Shown: piece by piece, positions 1 through 7,963 of the stretch
Numbering within the stretch: position 1 is the first letter of the stretch
Layout: every line of letters begins with the position of its first letter
Source of the DNA: Pseudomonadota bacterium
GTDB taxonomy: Bacteria > UBA10199 > 2-02-FULL-44-16 > JBDRGF01
Assembly (NCBI GenBank): GCA_043818055.1
Contig: JBDRGF010000097.1
Span: 1-16,181 of the forward strand
Direction: 5' to 3'
DNA length: 16,181 nucleotides
The notes under the pieces: generated by a model
What the model was told of the DNA's origin: nothing
The model's input: only the letters and a program-made list of their open reading frames with translations
The model's database searches: none
Position numbers and translations under genes: made by a program

Positions 1-312
1 CCCTTCGCTTCTCATGATTTCGCCGGCCATTCTCACCATCATCGCGTGGCAGTCTATGCAGGGATTCATGTACCTTCCATATCCGTGTGGAGGTGCTTTG
101 ACCATTTTAAGATGCTCATCCGTGATATCCTTCACGATGAGCTTGATGCCCAAATCGCGAGCACCCTTTTCGGCTTTATCTGCTCCGAAAAATGGGGAGA
201 CGAATGATATGCCATCGACCTTGACGCCCTGTTCCTGCAAGACTTTGACGGCGAGCAGGCTATCAAGGCCTCCGGAAAGCAGGCTCAATGCTTTTATCTT
301 TTTATTTTTCAT
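1..312 (-). CDS. PP-loop tRNA thiouridylase, ThiI/MnmA-like, CxxC-containing subfamily (partial, runs off the left edge)
   Basis: Not in the ORF track. Manual translation from ATG at 312 gives MKNKKIKALSLLSGGLDSLLAVKVLQEQGVKVDGISFVSPFFG...KAPPHGYGRYMNPCIDCHAMM, with the SGGLDS PP-loop and an NPCIDC motif. The ATG overlaps the upstream gene's stop (ATGA, 309-312). Confidence 0.85.
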   Translation of the reverse strand, partial: MKNKKIKALSLLSGGLDSLLAVKVLQEQGVKVDGISFVSPFFGADKAEKGARDLGIKLIVKDITDEHLKMVKAPPHGYGRYMNPCIDCHAMMVRMAGEIMRSEG

Positions 313-728
313 TGCGGTATCACTTCGATTGACGTTTTTATGGATCTTGCCACGAGGCAATGTTCTTCTGCCTTTTTGAAGAGCAGATCGCGTTTTTTCA
401 CATCCTCCGGATTTTCAAATTCTATCTTTGGATGGATCGTAATCTTTGTGAATTCCTTGTGCTGTCCATCGGGAGATTCGAGAAGTCCCTGGGCATGAGA
501 CGAGAAACTTTTTATTTTAATTCTCATCTTATCTGCAATTGCCAGGAGTGTGAGCCAAAAGCAGCTCTCCACGGATGATACAAAAATATGTGGTGGCGAC
601 CAACACGGTTTTTTGGCATCTATGTCGGTCAATCCTGTCATAGCGATATCGGGATGTCCTTCGCACATGGAAAGGGTAGAGCTTCCATCGAAAGTGAGAG
701 TTGTTTTAAGCGTCTGATTTTCTGCCAT
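309..728 (-). CDS. OsmC/Ohr-like family protein
   Basis: Two-Cys pattern (SPPHIFVSSVESCFWLT ... AEEHCLVARSIK) and FTKITIHP strand. Start placed at ATG 728, preceded by AAGGAG. Confidence 0.8.
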   Translation of the reverse strand: MAENQTLKTTLTFDGSSTLSMCEGHPDIAMTGLTDIDAKKPCWSPPHIFVSSVESCFWLTLLAIADKMRIKIKSFSSHAQGLLESPDGQHKEFTKITIHPKIEFENPEDVKKRDLLFKKAEEHCLVARSIKTSIEVIPQ

Positions 729-799
729 AGTTTGTTCTCCTTGTTTTTGTACTAAAATCACAATTAACCACAAAAATACAAGCACCAAATAAAACAAAA

Positions 800-828
800 T
801 TGACTCCTCATTTTCTCAAGGTTAGAAT
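800..828 (+). promoter_or_regulatory. sigma70-type promoter upstream of elbB
   Basis: TTGACT (800-805), 17-nt spacer, TAGAAT (823-828). Confidence 0.65.
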
Positions 829-842
829 CTGCAAAAGGTGGA

Positions 843-972
843 TAGGCTGTAGGTATTTAGGTAAATAGTCTCTAGCAGTGTTATAGGTTAGTAGATTATT
901 AAATTTGATGCTAGTAGCGGAGTGAGGCTTTTGGGTTATGTTTTTCCTATCAACCTAAAAACCTTCAGTCTA
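843..972. repeat. Imperfect long-range inverted repeat in the putative elbB leader
   Basis: 843-868 (taggctgtaggtatttaggtaaatag) matches the reverse complement of 947-972 at 21/26 positions. Inner pair CTAGCA (872-877) / TGCTAG (909-914). Confidence 0.65.
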
Positions 973-995
973 AATAACCTGAGTTTGGAGGGAAT

Positions 996-1658
996 ATGAA
1001 AAGAATCGGCGTGGTGCTGTGTGGCTGCGGTCATAGGGATGGTTCGGAGGTGCACGAGGCGACATTGACACTCCTTGCAATAGATCAAAGTGGTGCTCGC
1101 GCGGTTCCGATCTCGCCGGATGGCGATCAGAGATTTGTGCGCAACCATATGGATGGCAGTGATATGAAGGAAAAACGCGATATAATGGTCGAGTCAGCGC
1201 GCATATCGAGGGGGAATATAAAGAGTATCAAAGATATAACGGCCGACGATCTCGATGCGCTGATAATACCGGGAGGGCAGGGGGCGGCGCTGAACCTGTC
1301 GAGCTACATCGAGGATGGCGTCGATTGCAAAGTGGACGCGGACCTCGAGCGTTTGGTCTTTGAAATGTGGAAGAACAAAAAGCCTATTGGCGCCATCTGC
1401 ATAGCGCCGGTCACACTTGCGAAAATATTGTCGAAAAATAAGATTTTTGCCACGATTACGATAGGGAACGATTCTAAGGTGGCTGCGGATTTAAAAAACC
1501 TTGGCATGAAGCATCGCGAATGCCCTGCCTCCGATTGCGTTGTCGATGAAGAGCATAAAATCGTCACAACCCCCGCCTATATGACCGCAAAGGGGATCGC
1601 TGAACTCTGGAAGGGGATCAGCAAACTGGTAGGTGAAGTGATAAGATTAACAAAATAA
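996..1658 (+). CDS. elbB: ElbB/ES1 glyoxalase (DJ-1/PfpI superfamily)
   Basis: Motifs GCGHRDGSEVHEA, PGGQGAALNL, ICIAP and VTTPAYM. GGAGGG RBS. Confidence 0.93.
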   Translation: MKRIGVVLCGCGHRDGSEVHEATLTLLAIDQSGARAVPISPDGDQRFVRNHMDGSDMKEKRDIMVESARISRGNIKSIKDITADDLDALIIPGGQGAALNLSSYIEDGVDCKVDADLERLVFEMWKNKKPIGAICIAPVTLAKILSKNKIFATITIGNDSKVAADLKNLGMKHRECPASDCVVDEEHKIVTTPAYMTAKGIAELWKGISKLVGEVIRLTK

Positions 1659-1669
1659 GTTCTAAATTC

Positions 1670-1687
1670 TTGACAAACATTTTGTCA
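1670..1687 (+). promoter_or_regulatory. TTGACA -35 box overlapped by a palindrome, upstream of ferredoxin
   Basis: TTGACA at 1670-1675. TGACAAA-cat-TTTGTCA at 1671-1687. No clear -10 box. Confidence 0.45.
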
Positions 1688-1729
1688 GTTATTAGAGCCT
1701 TCTGAAAGAGGAAACTTTTAGGAGGCCAT

Positions 1730-1963
1730 ATGGCTGAAATTAATGACAAGCTCCCCGAAAACACGGAAGGCCGTTTTTATGTCGATGAACAGTGCATCGA
1801 CTGTTGTCTGTGCATAGAGACGGCGCCGAAGAACTTTGCTCACGTTGAAGAGTCAGGTTATGCCTACCTTTGCAGGCAGCCACAGAATGAGGAAGAGGAA
1901 GAGTGCTGCAAGGAGGCCATGGAATCCTGCCCCTCCAACGCCATCGGCGATGATGGGGAGTAA
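1730..1963 (+). CDS. Small acidic mono-cluster ferredoxin
   Basis: FYVDEQCIDCCLCIETAP...AMESCPSNAIG: CxxCxxC plus distal CP. AGGAGG RBS. Confidence 0.92.
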   Translation: MAEINDKLPENTEGRFYVDEQCIDCCLCIETAPKNFAHVEESGYAYLCRQPQNEEEEECCKEAMESCPSNAIGDDGE

Positions 1964-2050
1964 AAACGTGAAGCGTCGTTCGTGAAGCGTGAAGCGCAAA
2001 AAATGTATTTTTACGTTTCACGTTTCACGGGCGGACGCTTCACGTTTTTA
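1961..2050. repeat. Long hairpin built from CGTGAAR/YTTCACG heptamers between convergent genes; possible bidirectional terminator
   Basis: The left arm (taaaaacgtgaagcgtcgttcgtgaagcgtgaagcgcaaaaa) is near-complementary to 2007-2050. The outer 17 bp are perfect, and the ends are the two TAA stop codons. Confidence 0.85.
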
Positions 2051-2722
2051 GTACATTGGCTTATCGGAGATGATGAAATCTGCGTAATCGCAGGCGGCCT
2101 CGGTTTCGGTAGCGTTCCCATCAGTTAGAATTCCCACACCGGATGGATCTTTTTTCAATGCCCTTCCAAATGCTTTCGTATATTCCTCGGCCACATTGAT
2201 CGAATGGTATGTCCATTTATTTAGATTTTTGTTTCCGGCATCAGCGATTATGATCTTCAGATTGCCATCACGCCTTGTGACAATCTCTCCCACGGGTAAA
2301 CTTGAACTCCAGGCATATTTCAGCGCATGACCTTTGTATTTTCCAACTACTACATATATGCCGCAGGCGCTGTCATTTTTTGCATCGTCTGACTCATTCG
2401 CCCCCTTGGGGAGCACCTTCGCTCGCCATTTCCAGTTGAGATATGGATATTTGACCACGTCCCAGCGGAAGTTTGAAAATATTTGTTTTGACAGGTTTTT
2501 GTCATCTTGAGCGGCTATATAATTTTTTCCATCTTCGATGTTTATATGATAAACCTTCGCCGCATCAGAAGCTTGCAACGGCCACGCCCTCCAACCTTTC
2601 GGAAATCTCCCTTCCTTTTGAACCTTGTCGAGATAGTCGACCCGATTTTCGCCGGCTAAAAGCATTCCCGAATAAAATGTGACAGCCATCAAAATGAAAA
2701 ATACTGAGATTTTTATCTTCAT
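2048..2722 (-). CDS. Exported DUF3047-like protein
   Basis: Signal-peptide-like N-terminus. YPYLNWKWRA, LKYAWSSSLPVG and GVGILTDGNAT fit the DUF3047 pattern from recall. Confidence 0.75.
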   Translation of the reverse strand: MKIKISVFFILMAVTFYSGMLLAGENRVDYLDKVQKEGRFPKGWRAWPLQASDAAKVYHINIEDGKNYIAAQDDKNLSKQIFSNFRWDVVKYPYLNWKWRAKVLPKGANESDDAKNDSACGIYVVVGKYKGHALKYAWSSSLPVGEIVTRRDGNLKIIIADAGNKNLNKWTYHSINVAEEYTKAFGRALKKDPSGVGILTDGNATETEAACDYADFIISDKPMY

Positions 2723-2731
2723 AGGAGGTTG

Positions 2732-2760
2732 TTTATAGGTGGGAGGTGTTGAGATGTCAA
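2732..2760 (-). promoter_or_regulatory. sigma70-type promoter for the DUF3047-like gene
   Basis: Minus strand TTGACA (2760-2755), 17-nt spacer, TATAAA (2737-2732). Confidence 0.65.
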
Positions 2761-2778
2761 AAAAAAAGCTAAAAACGC

Positions 2779-2819
2779 ATTTTTACGTTTCACGCTTCAC
2801 GGGCGGACGCTTCACGTTT
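2779..2819. repeat. Second copy of the 41-bp heptamer-based element
   Basis: atttttacgtttcacgcttcacgggcggacgcttcacgttt is 40/41 identical to 2007-2047. Confidence 0.92.
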
Positions 2820-3540
2820 ACATGCCATATACGGTTTTGTTCTTGATCATTCCAATCAATTCCTCCGGAAGTGTAGAGATGAAACACAGCTCTTTGCCAG
2901 CTGCCGGATGTTTCATACAGACGCCGTATGAATGGAGAAGGTGCCTTTGTAATTCGGGATTGCTCTTTTTTGAATAAATCTTATCTCCAACGAGCGGATA
3001 ACCTGCCGACGCAAGATGTACCCTGATCTGATGTCTGGCACCTTTTTTTATCGTCACCCTCAGAAGTGTATACGTTTTAGTGGGATCAATTTTATCTTTA
3101 TAATATGAAAGTGCGACAAATTCTGTCTTTGCATCTCTTCCCTTCCACTCGGTTTTTTCGGCCGCTGAATTGCAGACTACCATCCTATCCTTTTTTCTGG
3201 GGTGGTGGGCGATCGGTTTATCGACGACATCTTTTTGTGGAGTCAGGCCATGGACGAGGGCCAGATACACCTTTTTTATCTCTCCGTTTTTTGAGGCCTT
3301 GCTCAAGGCATCATAACTGGATTGATTTCTGGCGGCGATGATAAGCCCCGATGTATCATTATCGAGGCGCTGAATCAGACCTGCTTCCCCTCTAGGTTCG
3401 ATATCTCTCAGCTCCTCATACTTTTCGAGCAGCATCTGAGCGAGCGAGTCATCGCGTCCCTTTGGCGATGAGAGGGTAGGCACCCCCGCCGGCTTCTCTA
3501 TGACTATGATATCGTTGTCGATGTGGATAATTTTTAACAT
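2818..3540 (-). CDS. RluA/RluD-family RNA pseudouridine synthase (no S4 domain)
   Basis: Motifs IEKPAG, QRLDNDTSG (catalytic Asp retained), GARHQIRVH, PLVGDKIY and LLHS. Confidence 0.92.
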   Translation of the reverse strand: MLKIIHIDNDIIVIEKPAGVPTLSSPKGRDDSLAQMLLEKYEELRDIEPRGEAGLIQRLDNDTSGLIIAARNQSSYDALSKASKNGEIKKVYLALVHGLTPQKDVVDKPIAHHPRKKDRMVVCNSAAEKTEWKGRDAKTEFVALSYYKDKIDPTKTYTLLRVTIKKGARHQIRVHLASAGYPLVGDKIYSKKSNPELQRHLLHSYGVCMKHPAAGKELCFISTLPEELIGMIKNKTVYGM

Positions 3541-3560
3541 AATTTAGATGAAAAAGGCGT

Positions 3561-3577
3561 TTTCACGCTTCACGTTT
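3561..3577. repeat. Partial third copy of the TTCACG heptamer element
   Basis: tttcacgcttcacgttt in the rluA-like/priA divergent spacer. Confidence 0.65.
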
Positions 3578-3640
3578 ACATGTCACATGCGATTTTTTGC
3601 CCCTTGCTAACATAGATGTTATTAATATAAACATCAAGCG

Positions 3641-5686
3641 ATGTCGAAATCCTTTGCAAATATTGCGGTGACCGGGGCGCTCCATAATCTCTTCTCCTAT
3701 ATCATTCCAGAGGGGTTGAATATCAGCGAGGGGATGAGGGTGAGGATTCCGTGGAGGAGCAAGGATCGGGTTGGATATGTGATGGAAGTCGTCGATGAGG
3801 CTCCGCAGGATGTCGCCGCCGACAAGATAAAACCCATAATAGAAATTCTGGACGCCGACCCGATATTCTCGACCAGCCTTTTGAAGCTCATCCGGTGGAT
3901 GAGTTCATATTATTTGGCGCCGATCGGAGAGATTTGCAGATTGGCACTCCCCAATCGTCTCAACAAACCCGATCTGCCGAAGTCGAGGCGCATCTCATCT
4001 CCGCATCTTCTACATCCGAAAGATTCTAGAGATGATAAAATAATTTTGAACGCTGAACAACATGGTATATTAAGCGAGATCGAGAAGAGCCTGGACGATA
4101 AACAACCTGGCGTTCATCTGGTTCACGGGATAACAGGCTCTGGCAAGACTGAAGTCTATTTGAGGCTCTTTAAAAAGATCGCGCTCACGGGCCGAAGCGG
4201 CATCTGCCTTGTGCCTGAGATAGCGCTGACCCCGCAACTGGCATCGCGCTTTTACGACCACTTTGGGGAGAGGGTCGCGATATATCACTCCTCCATGACC
4301 GACGCGCAAAGATACGATCAGTGGCTTAAGGTTAAGCGCGGTGAGATCTCCGTTGTCGTTGGAACAAGATCGGCAATATTCGCTCCGCTTGTAAACCCGG
4401 GTTTGATAGTTGTCGACGAAGAACATGATTCATCCTTCAAACAATCGACAGGTGTTGCGTACAGCGCAAGAGATGTCGCGGTCGTCAGGGCGAACATCGA
4501 AGGGATCACCGCTGTGCTAGGATCGGCAACGCCATCGGTCGAGTCGTTTCATAATTCACGCAGCGGTAAATACAAATATCATTTTTTGAGCTCGAGGCCG
4601 AATGATTCGAAGCTGCCATCGATCGAGATACTCGATTTGAAATGTGCCGAGAAGATAGCCTCCGCGTCCGGAAAGACGACGGTTTTCACAAGGGATCTGA
4701 TCGAGGAGATAGATCAAACGCTGAAAAGATCGGAACAGGCGCTCGTCTTTCTCAACCGGCGCGGTTTTGCAAATTCGTTTATTTGCAGAGATTGTGGATA
4801 TCTATTCGAGTGTCCCAACTGCCATATCAGTCTGACATATCACAAAGGCGCTAACTACTTAAGGTGTCACTATTGCGATTACACGATTGCAAAAGAGGAT
4901 AGCTGCATCAAATGTAAGGGTAGCAACTTAGGCCTTCAGGGGCTTGGAACGGAGCGCATCGAGGAGGATCTGAAAAATATCTTTCCCGATGCGCGCATCG
5001 CCAGGTTAGATAGCGACACAGCTCAGAACAATAAATTTCGTCACAAGGTGTTGAGTGACATGAAGAAGGGGAAAATCGATATTCTGATCGGCACGCAGAT
5101 CATATCGAAGGGACACGATTTTGCAAATCTCACGCTAGTTGGGGTTGTGAACGCAGATACAGGGCTCAACTTTCCCGATTTCAGGGCGGCCGAAAATACC
5201 TTTCAGATGATAACACAGGTCTCTGGCAGGGCAGGTCGCAGGGATAAGGCGGGGAGGGTGCTGATACAGAGCTACAACGCCGATCATTACGCATTGAAAT
5301 ATGCGGCGGCACACGACTTTGACGGATTTTTCAATGAAGAGAACAGGATCAGGAAGGAGCTCTCCTATCCGCCATTCTCGAGGCTCATAAATATTCGCCT
5401 CTCGGGAAATAACGAAGAGAGAGTGGAGAGCGCCTCTCATATGGTAAAAGATATTTTGAAGGAGAGCTTTGCAAAAAGTGATTTAGGAAAGGGCGTGAAG
5501 ATTTTAGGCCCAGCTCCAGCCCCTCTCAACAAGGTCCGTGGAAAATGGCGTTGGCAGATTCTGATAAAGACTTTATCCGTTCTAAAATCGGTAGATCACC
5601 TCTCGCGGTTAAGAGGGGGAATCAACTTGCAGCTTCCAAGCGGCGTCAAGTTTACTATAGATGTGGATCCGGTGGATATGATGTAA
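3641..5686 (+). CDS. priA: Primosomal protein N' (replication restart helicase)
   Basis: Walker A GITGSGKT, LVPEIALTPQ, DEEHD, eight-Cys zinc region, QVSGRAGR, YPPF and terminal DVDP. Confidence 0.97.
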   Translation: MSKSFANIAVTGALHNLFSYIIPEGLNISEGMRVRIPWRSKDRVGYVMEVVDEAPQDVAADKIKPIIEILDADPIFSTSLLKLIRWMSSYYLAPIGEICRLALPNRLNKPDLPKSRRISSPHLLHPKDSRDDKIILNAEQHGILSEIEKSLDDKQPGVHLVHGITGSGKTEVYLRLFKKIALTGRSGICLVPEIALTPQLASRFYDHFGERVAIYHSSMTDAQRYDQWLKVKRGEISVVVGTRSAIFAPLVNPGLIVVDEEHDSSFKQSTGVAYSARDVAVVRANIEGITAVLGSATPSVESFHNSRSGKYKYHFLSSRPNDSKLPSIEILDLKCAEKIASASGKTTVFTRDLIEEIDQTLKRSEQALVFLNRRGFANSFICRDCGYLFECPNCHISLTYHKGANYLRCHYCDYTIAKEDSCIKCKGSNLGLQGLGTERIEEDLKNIFPDARIARLDSDTAQNNKFRHKVLSDMKKGKIDILIGTQIISKGHDFANLTLVGVVNADTGLNFPDFRAAENTFQMITQVSGRAGRRDKAGRVLIQSYNADHYALKYAAAHDFDGFFNEENRIRKELSYPPFSRLINIRLSGNNEERVESASHMVKDILKESFAKSDLGKGVKILGPAPAPLNKVRGKWRWQILIKTLSVLKSVDHLSRLRGGINLQLPSGVKFTIDVDPVDMM

Positions 5687-5691
5687 AAGCA

Positions 5692-5756
5692 GTATGTAGC
5701 ATGTGGTATGTAGGCAAAGGCTCGTCTAACGAAGTTTTTTACCACATACCACATGC
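5692..5756. repeat. GTATGTG/CACATAC heptamer inverted repeat after the priA stop
   Basis: gcatgtggtatgt (5699-5711) is the exact reverse complement of 5744-5756. Period-7 units gtatgta-gcatgtg-gtatgta. Confidence 0.8.
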
Positions 5757-5813
5757 GATTTTTGTTTTTTGTTCCTTGCTCACATTTTCAATACATGTTA
5801 GCAAAAACGCCTT

Positions 5814-6308
5814 ATGATAAGAAAAATTTTTACATATCCATCCGATATACTTTACAAAAAAGCATTGAGGGTTGAGCGCGTCGATGATGAGGTCAGGGCT
5901 CTTTTGGCAGATATGGTCGATACGCTTTATTCAACAGAGAGTGGCATTGGGCTCGCTGCACCTCAGGTGGGAGTCTCGCTGAGGGTGATAGTGGTCGATG
6001 ATAGAGAGGGTAATTTGTTGCATCTCATCAACCCTGAGATTGTGAGTAGAAGCGGAGAAACATCTTCCGAAGAGGGATGTCTTTCCGTTCCGGGGCTCTG
6101 TGTCAGCATAGATCGCTCTGAAGAGATTACCGTCAAGTATATGGATATCTCTGGTGAAGAGAAGATGCTGGATGCAAAAGGTTTCCTGGCAATAGTCATT
6201 CAACACGAATGTGATCATCTCGACGGAGTGCTTATCATCGATCACGTAGGTCAGATTCAGCGTGGCTTGTATGAGAAGAGGCTCAAAAAGGAGTGCAGAA
6301 AACTATGA
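5814..6308 (+). CDS. def: Peptide deformylase
   Basis: Motifs GIGLAAPQVG, EGCLS and QHECDHLDG. Confidence 0.98.
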   Translation: MIRKIFTYPSDILYKKALRVERVDDEVRALLADMVDTLYSTESGIGLAAPQVGVSLRVIVVDDREGNLLHLINPEIVSRSGETSSEEGCLSVPGLCVSIDRSEEITVKYMDISGEEKMLDAKGFLAIVIQHECDHLDGVLIIDHVGQIQRGLYEKRLKKECRKL

Positions 6309-7225
6309 AGATTCTTTTCATGGGATCAGGCGCATTTTCAATCCCGGCACTCGAAGTGATTCTTGAATCCGGGCATGAATGTTTGGGAGTTGTAGCTCAG
6401 CCCGATAAGCCTGCAGGCAGGGGACAAAAGGTGACAGCATGTCCTGTCGCTATTTTCGCAAGGGAACACAATCTTAAACTTCTGCAGCCGAATAAACTCA
6501 GTGAGACCAAAGAAGAGATCACGAAGCTCTCTCCTGAGGTCATCATAGTTGCGGCATATGGAAAATTCCTACCCCAGTGGCTGCTCGATCTTTCGCCCAA
6601 GGGATGTTTTAATATTCACCCCTCGCTTCTGCCTCTCTACCGAGGAGCGGCCCCGATCAACTGGGCGATAGTCAATGGAGATGATTTTACAGGCGTCACC
6701 ATCTTTAAAATAGAAGAGAGGATGGATGCGGGGGATATCCTTACGTGGTGCAAGACGGATATCGACAGCTGCGAGACGGCGCATATGTTGCACGACAGGC
6801 TTGCTTTGATGGGCGCAGAGCTTTTACTTCAGACGCTCAAAAAAATCGAAAACAACGATCTGGAATTGGAAGTACAGGACGAGAGTTTAGTCACCTTCGC
6901 GCCTAAACTTCAAAAGGGAGATGGCCTCATCAACTGGAAACGCTCTGCAACTGCTGTTTATAATCAGGTGAGGGGGATGCTGCCCTGGCCGGTCGCCTTC
7001 ACCCACCTTGATGGAAAGGTGATAAAAATTTTCGAGGCCGCCCCTCATGATGAAGAATCTGGGAAAACACCGGGCACTGTTGTGCATTCGAATGATCAGC
7101 TATCTGTCGCTTGCGGGAAGGGGAAGCTCTATATTCTAGAACTGCAGATGGAGGGGGGTAAGCGCATGTCAGCTATCGATTTCTTAAGGGGACATAAAGT
7201 TGATGTTGGAATGACATTTAACTGA
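6305..7225 (+). CDS. fmt: Methionyl-tRNA formyltransferase
   Basis: MKILFMG, QPDKPAGRG, NIHPSLLPLYRGAAPI and MDAGDI. Start placed at ATG 6305, overlapping the def stop (ATGA). Confidence 0.97.
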   Translation: MKILFMGSGAFSIPALEVILESGHECLGVVAQPDKPAGRGQKVTACPVAIFAREHNLKLLQPNKLSETKEEITKLSPEVIIVAAYGKFLPQWLLDLSPKGCFNIHPSLLPLYRGAAPINWAIVNGDDFTGVTIFKIEERMDAGDILTWCKTDIDSCETAHMLHDRLALMGAELLLQTLKKIENNDLELEVQDESLVTFAPKLQKGDGLINWKRSATAVYNQVRGMLPWPVAFTHLDGKVIKIFEAAPHDEESGKTPGTVVHSNDQLSVACGKGKLYILELQMEGGKRMSAIDFLRGHKVDVGMTFN

Positions 7226-7228
7226 AAG

Positions 7229-7286
7229 CAATTAACAATTTGCAATTCCCAATATCCAATAATTGTAAATTGGTTATTGATAATTT
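7229..7286. repeat. Period-7 CAATnnn / ATTGnnn inverted array between fmt and rpe
   Basis: CAAT at 7229, 7236, 7243, 7250 and 7257. ATTG at 7262, 7269 and 7276, with ATTT at 7283. Confidence 0.8.
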
Positions 7287-7300
7287 ATCCGAGGTTATGA

Positions 7301-7945
7301 ATGAAACATTTAATTGCACCATCAATTCTATCTGCCGATTTTGCCTGTCTTGGGGATGAGATAAAGGCTGTTGAAGAGGCTGGCGCTGATCTTATCCACG
7401 TCGATGTTATGGATGGTCATTTCGTTCCCAACATCACGATTGGTCCTCCGGTTGTTAAAAAGATCCGTCCCTGCACGAAGCTTCCGCTCGACTGCCACCT
7501 GATGATAGAAAATCCGGATAAATACGTGGAACAATTCGCCAAAGCGGGCGCCGACTGGATCAGCGTTCATGTGGAGTGTTGTGATCTGAAGAAATTATTG
7601 CCGCAAATTCAAAAGTTGGGGTGTAAGGCGGGTGTAGTTATCAATCCGCCGACACCTGTCGAAAAGATCCTGTCATTTGTAGAATTTGCTGATTACATCT
7701 TGGTCATGACGGTCAACCCGGGCTTCGGCGGTCAGGATATGATAGAAGATTGTCTGAAAAAAATCACATCGATCAAAAAGCATATCGAAAAGCTTGGAAA
7801 AGCTATCCCGATCGAGGTTGACGGCGGCATCAAGGTCGATAATGTTCAAAGGGTTTACGACGCAGGCGGCGAAATCATCGTCGCAGGATCTGCTGTGTTT
7901 GGAGTCGAAGATTATAAGAGAGTAATTGCAGAACTGAGAAAGTAG
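7301..7945 (+). CDS. rpe: Ribulose-phosphate 3-epimerase
   Basis: APSILSADF, HVDVMDGHFVPN, MTVNPGFGGQ, EVDGGI and VAGSAVF. Confidence 0.98.
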   Translation: MKHLIAPSILSADFACLGDEIKAVEEAGADLIHVDVMDGHFVPNITIGPPVVKKIRPCTKLPLDCHLMIENPDKYVEQFAKAGADWISVHVECCDLKKLLPQIQKLGCKAGVVINPPTPVEKILSFVEFADYILVMTVNPGFGGQDMIEDCLKKITSIKKHIEKLGKAIPIEVDGGIKVDNVQRVYDAGGEIIVAGSAVFGVEDYKRVIAELRK

Positions 7946-7963
7946 CTTCTAATTTGTTTTTGT

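Noticed and set aside
14..379. 121-aa plus-strand ORF
   Set aside because: It is the antisense shadow of the tRNA thiouridylase gene on the minus strand.
729..797. Hydrophobic N-terminal extension of the OsmC-like ORF
   Set aside because: A strong AAGGAG precedes ATG 728. The extension is AT-rich intergenic sequence.
1961..2050. Integron attC site
   Set aside because: The hairpin has AAC...GTT near its ends, but the flanks (TAAAAAC / GTTTTTA) do not fit RYYYAAC / GTTRRRY. No integrase is in the window and neighbours are housekeeping genes.
3340..3380. QRLD instead of HRLD in the pseudouridine synthase as a sign of inactivation
   Set aside because: The catalytic Asp and the other motifs are intact, so this is likely tolerated variation.
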